Origin: Malacoraja senta
Taxonomy: Eukaryota
Reading direction: 5' to 3'
Assembly (NCBI GenBank): GCA_038087875.1
Contig: JAXLNO010000549.1
Location: 1-35,776 of the forward strand
DNA: 35,776 nt
Position 1 is the stretch's first letter; every line of letters begins with the position of its first letter. Shown here one piece after another: positions 33,379-35,776 of this stretch. The position numbers and the translations under genes were made by a program. Below the pieces are notes generated by a model. That model saw only the letters and a list, made by a program, of their open reading frames with translations, searched no databases and had not been told where the DNA came from.

Positions 33379-33600
33379 GGGGCCTGTCCCACTTGGCCGA
33401 ATTTCTTCGCCGACTGCCGGCGTCTCAGGGTTGCCGAAAAGATTTCGAACTTTTCAAAGCCCAGCGGCGACAAAAAAAAAACGTTGCGCCACTTGAGGAG
33501 TCCGATTCGTCGTCACGCCGCGACTTTCCCCGTGACCTGATACGCCAGTCAACGATGGCGCCAGTCGCCGGAAAAAAATCGTCAAGTGGGAACAGGCCCT
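33379..33600. mobile_element. PIF/Harbinger-type MITE, different interior
   Basis: GGGCCTGTCCCACTTGGCCGAATTT / AAAATCGTCAAGTGGGAACAGGCCC; no clean TSD. Confidence 0.72.
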
Positions 33601-34149
33601 GCAGTTTTTGGTTTTGCAGTTGCGATATCGGGTGGGGAGAGGCAGAGCACATTCTGGCAGAGTTTGCTGTGCCCTGAGAGATATCCATTGGGCATTATGT
33701 GCCCGATAAGCAGTTGAACAAACTGCTGCCGATCGGGCTTTCAGCGGTTGCCAGGGAACTCTGATCTTCCAACATTATGTCAATCATGCTTTAGGATTCT
33801 TGAGGTCGTTGCAACACTTGTTTTCTTTGCATGTGATTCTGTTTTGAAAATGCTACGAGTGCTGACCCTATTAGTTTTGTTTAAAGAGATTTTGTCCCTT
33901 CCCTTCTAAGCCGCAGCGAGCTAAGTAGCTGAAGGGCCTTTAGCCGCTAAACCCTGAAAGGATTCTCCTTCCGCAACGTCGGGGCGGGCCGAATGAAAAA
34001 GGCATCGGCTGGTGCCTGGCCCGTCCCCAGTGACCCGATCCCCCCCGTCGCTCCCGAGTCCCGTCCGCTTCCGTTCCCTCAGCGCTACCACGGCGTGGGA
34101 GCTTTCCGTCACTCCCAGTGTCCTGTCGAGAGGGAAGGTGGGATCTAGC

Positions 34150-34484
34150 CTGTCGGGCTGCTCCTGGGCCTGGCCAAGATGGCCACTCGCGGGTCCAGGC
34201 AGCGAGCGGTCAATGGCCGCACAGCGGTCAGCTGCCTGCCCCTTTTCCGGGACTACGTCCGTGCCCGCGTGTCCCCGGAGAGGGAACACGCGGTGTCCAT
34301 GGGGACGGTGGAGGCCTTCCGTCAACGCTGGTCATCGCGGGAGGTCGAATGTTTTGTTGTTAAAAATGTTAATATTTTAATTTGATAACTTTCTTTGTAA
34401 AATGCCAGTAAAGGCACTCTCTGATCGTGTTACTAGTTTGTATTTTTGTTTGTTCTGAATAAAAGCATTTTGTATGAAAAAAAA
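34150..34484 (+). mobile_element. Tx1/L1-clade LINE 3' end
   Basis: VGLLLGLAKMATRGSRQRAV..CLPLFRDYVRARVSPEREHAVSMGTVEAFRQRW..NILI*; AATAAA 34458-34463; A8 tail 34477-34484. Confidence 0.75.
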
Positions 34485-34559
34485 TGTCCTTTCGAGCACA
34501 CGCTTCCATCTCTTGGGCGTGTTGCCCCCCCCCCCCCCCACCCCTCTCCCCCAGAAAGA

Positions 34560-34925
34560 AGGATGTGGAGAGGATGTTTCCACTAGTGGGAGAGTCATTC
34601 ATTCATCCATCCATTCACTGGGAGCGTCTAGGACTAGAGGGCACAACCTCGGCATTAAAGGATGTTCCTTCAGAGAGGAAGACGAGGAAGAATGTCTTTA
34701 GTCAGAGGGTGGTGAATCTGTGGAATTCATTGCCACTGTGGAGGCCAAGTCATCAGAAATTTTTAAGGCGGAGATTGATAGATTGTTGATTGGTACGGGC
34801 GTCTGGGGTTATGGGGAGAAGGTAGGAGAACGGGGTTGAGAGGGGACGATAGATCACCCATGATTGAATGGCGGAGTAGACTCGATGGGCCGAATGGCCT
34901 GGTTCCACTCCTATGAATTTATGAA
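34560..34925 (+). mobile_element. Older CR1 3' fragment
   Basis: DVERMFPLVGES..FSQRVVNLWNSLP; TATGAA-type tail. Confidence 0.78.
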
Positions 34926-34945
34926 CATTTTATCAGTTCAGTTCA

Positions 34946-35039
34946 GGTCTGAAGAAGGGTCCCGACCCCGAAACGTCACCCATTCCTTCTCTCCAGAGAT
35001 GTTGCCTGCCCCGCTTAGTTACTCCAGCATTTTGTGTCT
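34946..35039 (+). ncRNA. Penelope-like repeat with minimal hammerhead-like core
   Basis: GGT CTGAAGA AGGGTCCCGACCCC GAAA CG TC ACC, followed by the family body CATTCCTTCTCTCCAGAGATG..TTACTCCAGCATTTTGTGTC. Confidence 0.5.
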
Positions 35040-35249
35040 TTCTTCACTTCAGTTCAGTTTAGTTTATTGTCACGTGTACCGAGGTGCAGTGAAAAGCTTT
35101 TGTTGCGTGCTAACCAGTCAGCGGGAAGACAATACATGATTACAATCGAGCCGTCCACAGTGTACAGATACATGATAAGGGAAGAAAGTTCAGTGCAAGG
35201 TAAAGCCAGCAAAATGCGATCAAGGGTCACCGATGAGGTAGATAGTAGT

Positions 35250-35610
35250 TAGAAACATAGAAACATATAAAATAGGTGCAGGAGGAGGCCATTCGGCCCT
35301 TCGAGCCAGCACCACCATTCATTGTGATCATTACTAAACGTCTCCAATCAATAACCATGCCTGCCTTCTCCCCACATCCCTTGACTCCACTAACCCCTCG
35401 AGCTCTATCTAACTCTCTCTTAAATCCATCCAGTGACTTGGCCTCCACTGCCCTCTGTGGCAGGGAATTCCACAAATTCACAACTCTCTGGGTGAAAACG
35501 TTTTTTCTCACCTCAGTCTTAAATGACCTCCCCTTTATTCTAAGACTGTGGCCCCTGGTTCTGGACTCGCCCCAACATTGGGAACATTTTTCCTCCATCT
35601 AGCTTGTCCA
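35250..35610 (-). mobile_element. 5'-truncated CR1 (DRALGASG subfamily)
   Basis: ORF 35227-35598; AGAAACAT tail. Confidence 0.84.
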
Positions 35611-35776
35611 TAGAAACATGGAGGTTCAGCACTGCTCTCTGGCTGTGGTGGGATGATTCATGTGCGACTTCCCTCACTTTACTGTCACATGTGGCGAGGC
35701 ACAGCGAGATTCTTTGCTTGCCTACACAACGTATGGAAGTAGCAGGCACCTACAGCGCTGGACAAACCTACAAAGC

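Noticed and set aside
32689..33688. GC-rich ORFs suggesting a transposase or CpG-island gene
   Set aside because: They lie inside short MITEs; no DDE or Myb motifs seen

Overview
This is eukaryotic genomic DNA, almost certainly from a cartilaginous fish (skate/ray-like repeat repertoire), and the great majority of the window is nested transposable elements. I could not confidently recognise any host protein-coding exon, so the window is probably intronic or intergenic. The main element is one long, young CR1-clade LINE (1424-4904, minus). It has an uninterrupted APE-endonuclease/reverse-transcriptase ORF2 and the 3' end of an SGNH-esterase ORF1. Around it lie dozens of 5'-truncated CR1 copies from about five subfamilies with distinct microsatellite tails, tRNA-derived HE1/V-SINE copies, L2, Rex1/Babar and Tx1 LINE 3' ends, an old Deu-domain SINE, four PIF/Harbinger-type MITEs, Penelope-like short repeats, two TE-derived tandem arrays and a 0.9-kb GA tract. 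The most interesting observations are: (1) an in-phase U_UUA_AAC slippery heptamer directly before the CR1 ORF1 stop, which would shift ribosomes -1 into ORF2; (2) a minimal hammerhead-ribozyme core (CUGAAGA-stem II-GAAACGUC) in the Penelope-like short repeats; (3) an 8-unit array built only from the CR1 3' recognition stem-loop and tail; (4) a unique ~270-bp island forming a long hairpin between inverted LINE ends, with a possible 3-nt AAG microexon. Family names come from recalled motifs, not database searches, and boundaries of degenerate repeats are approximate.
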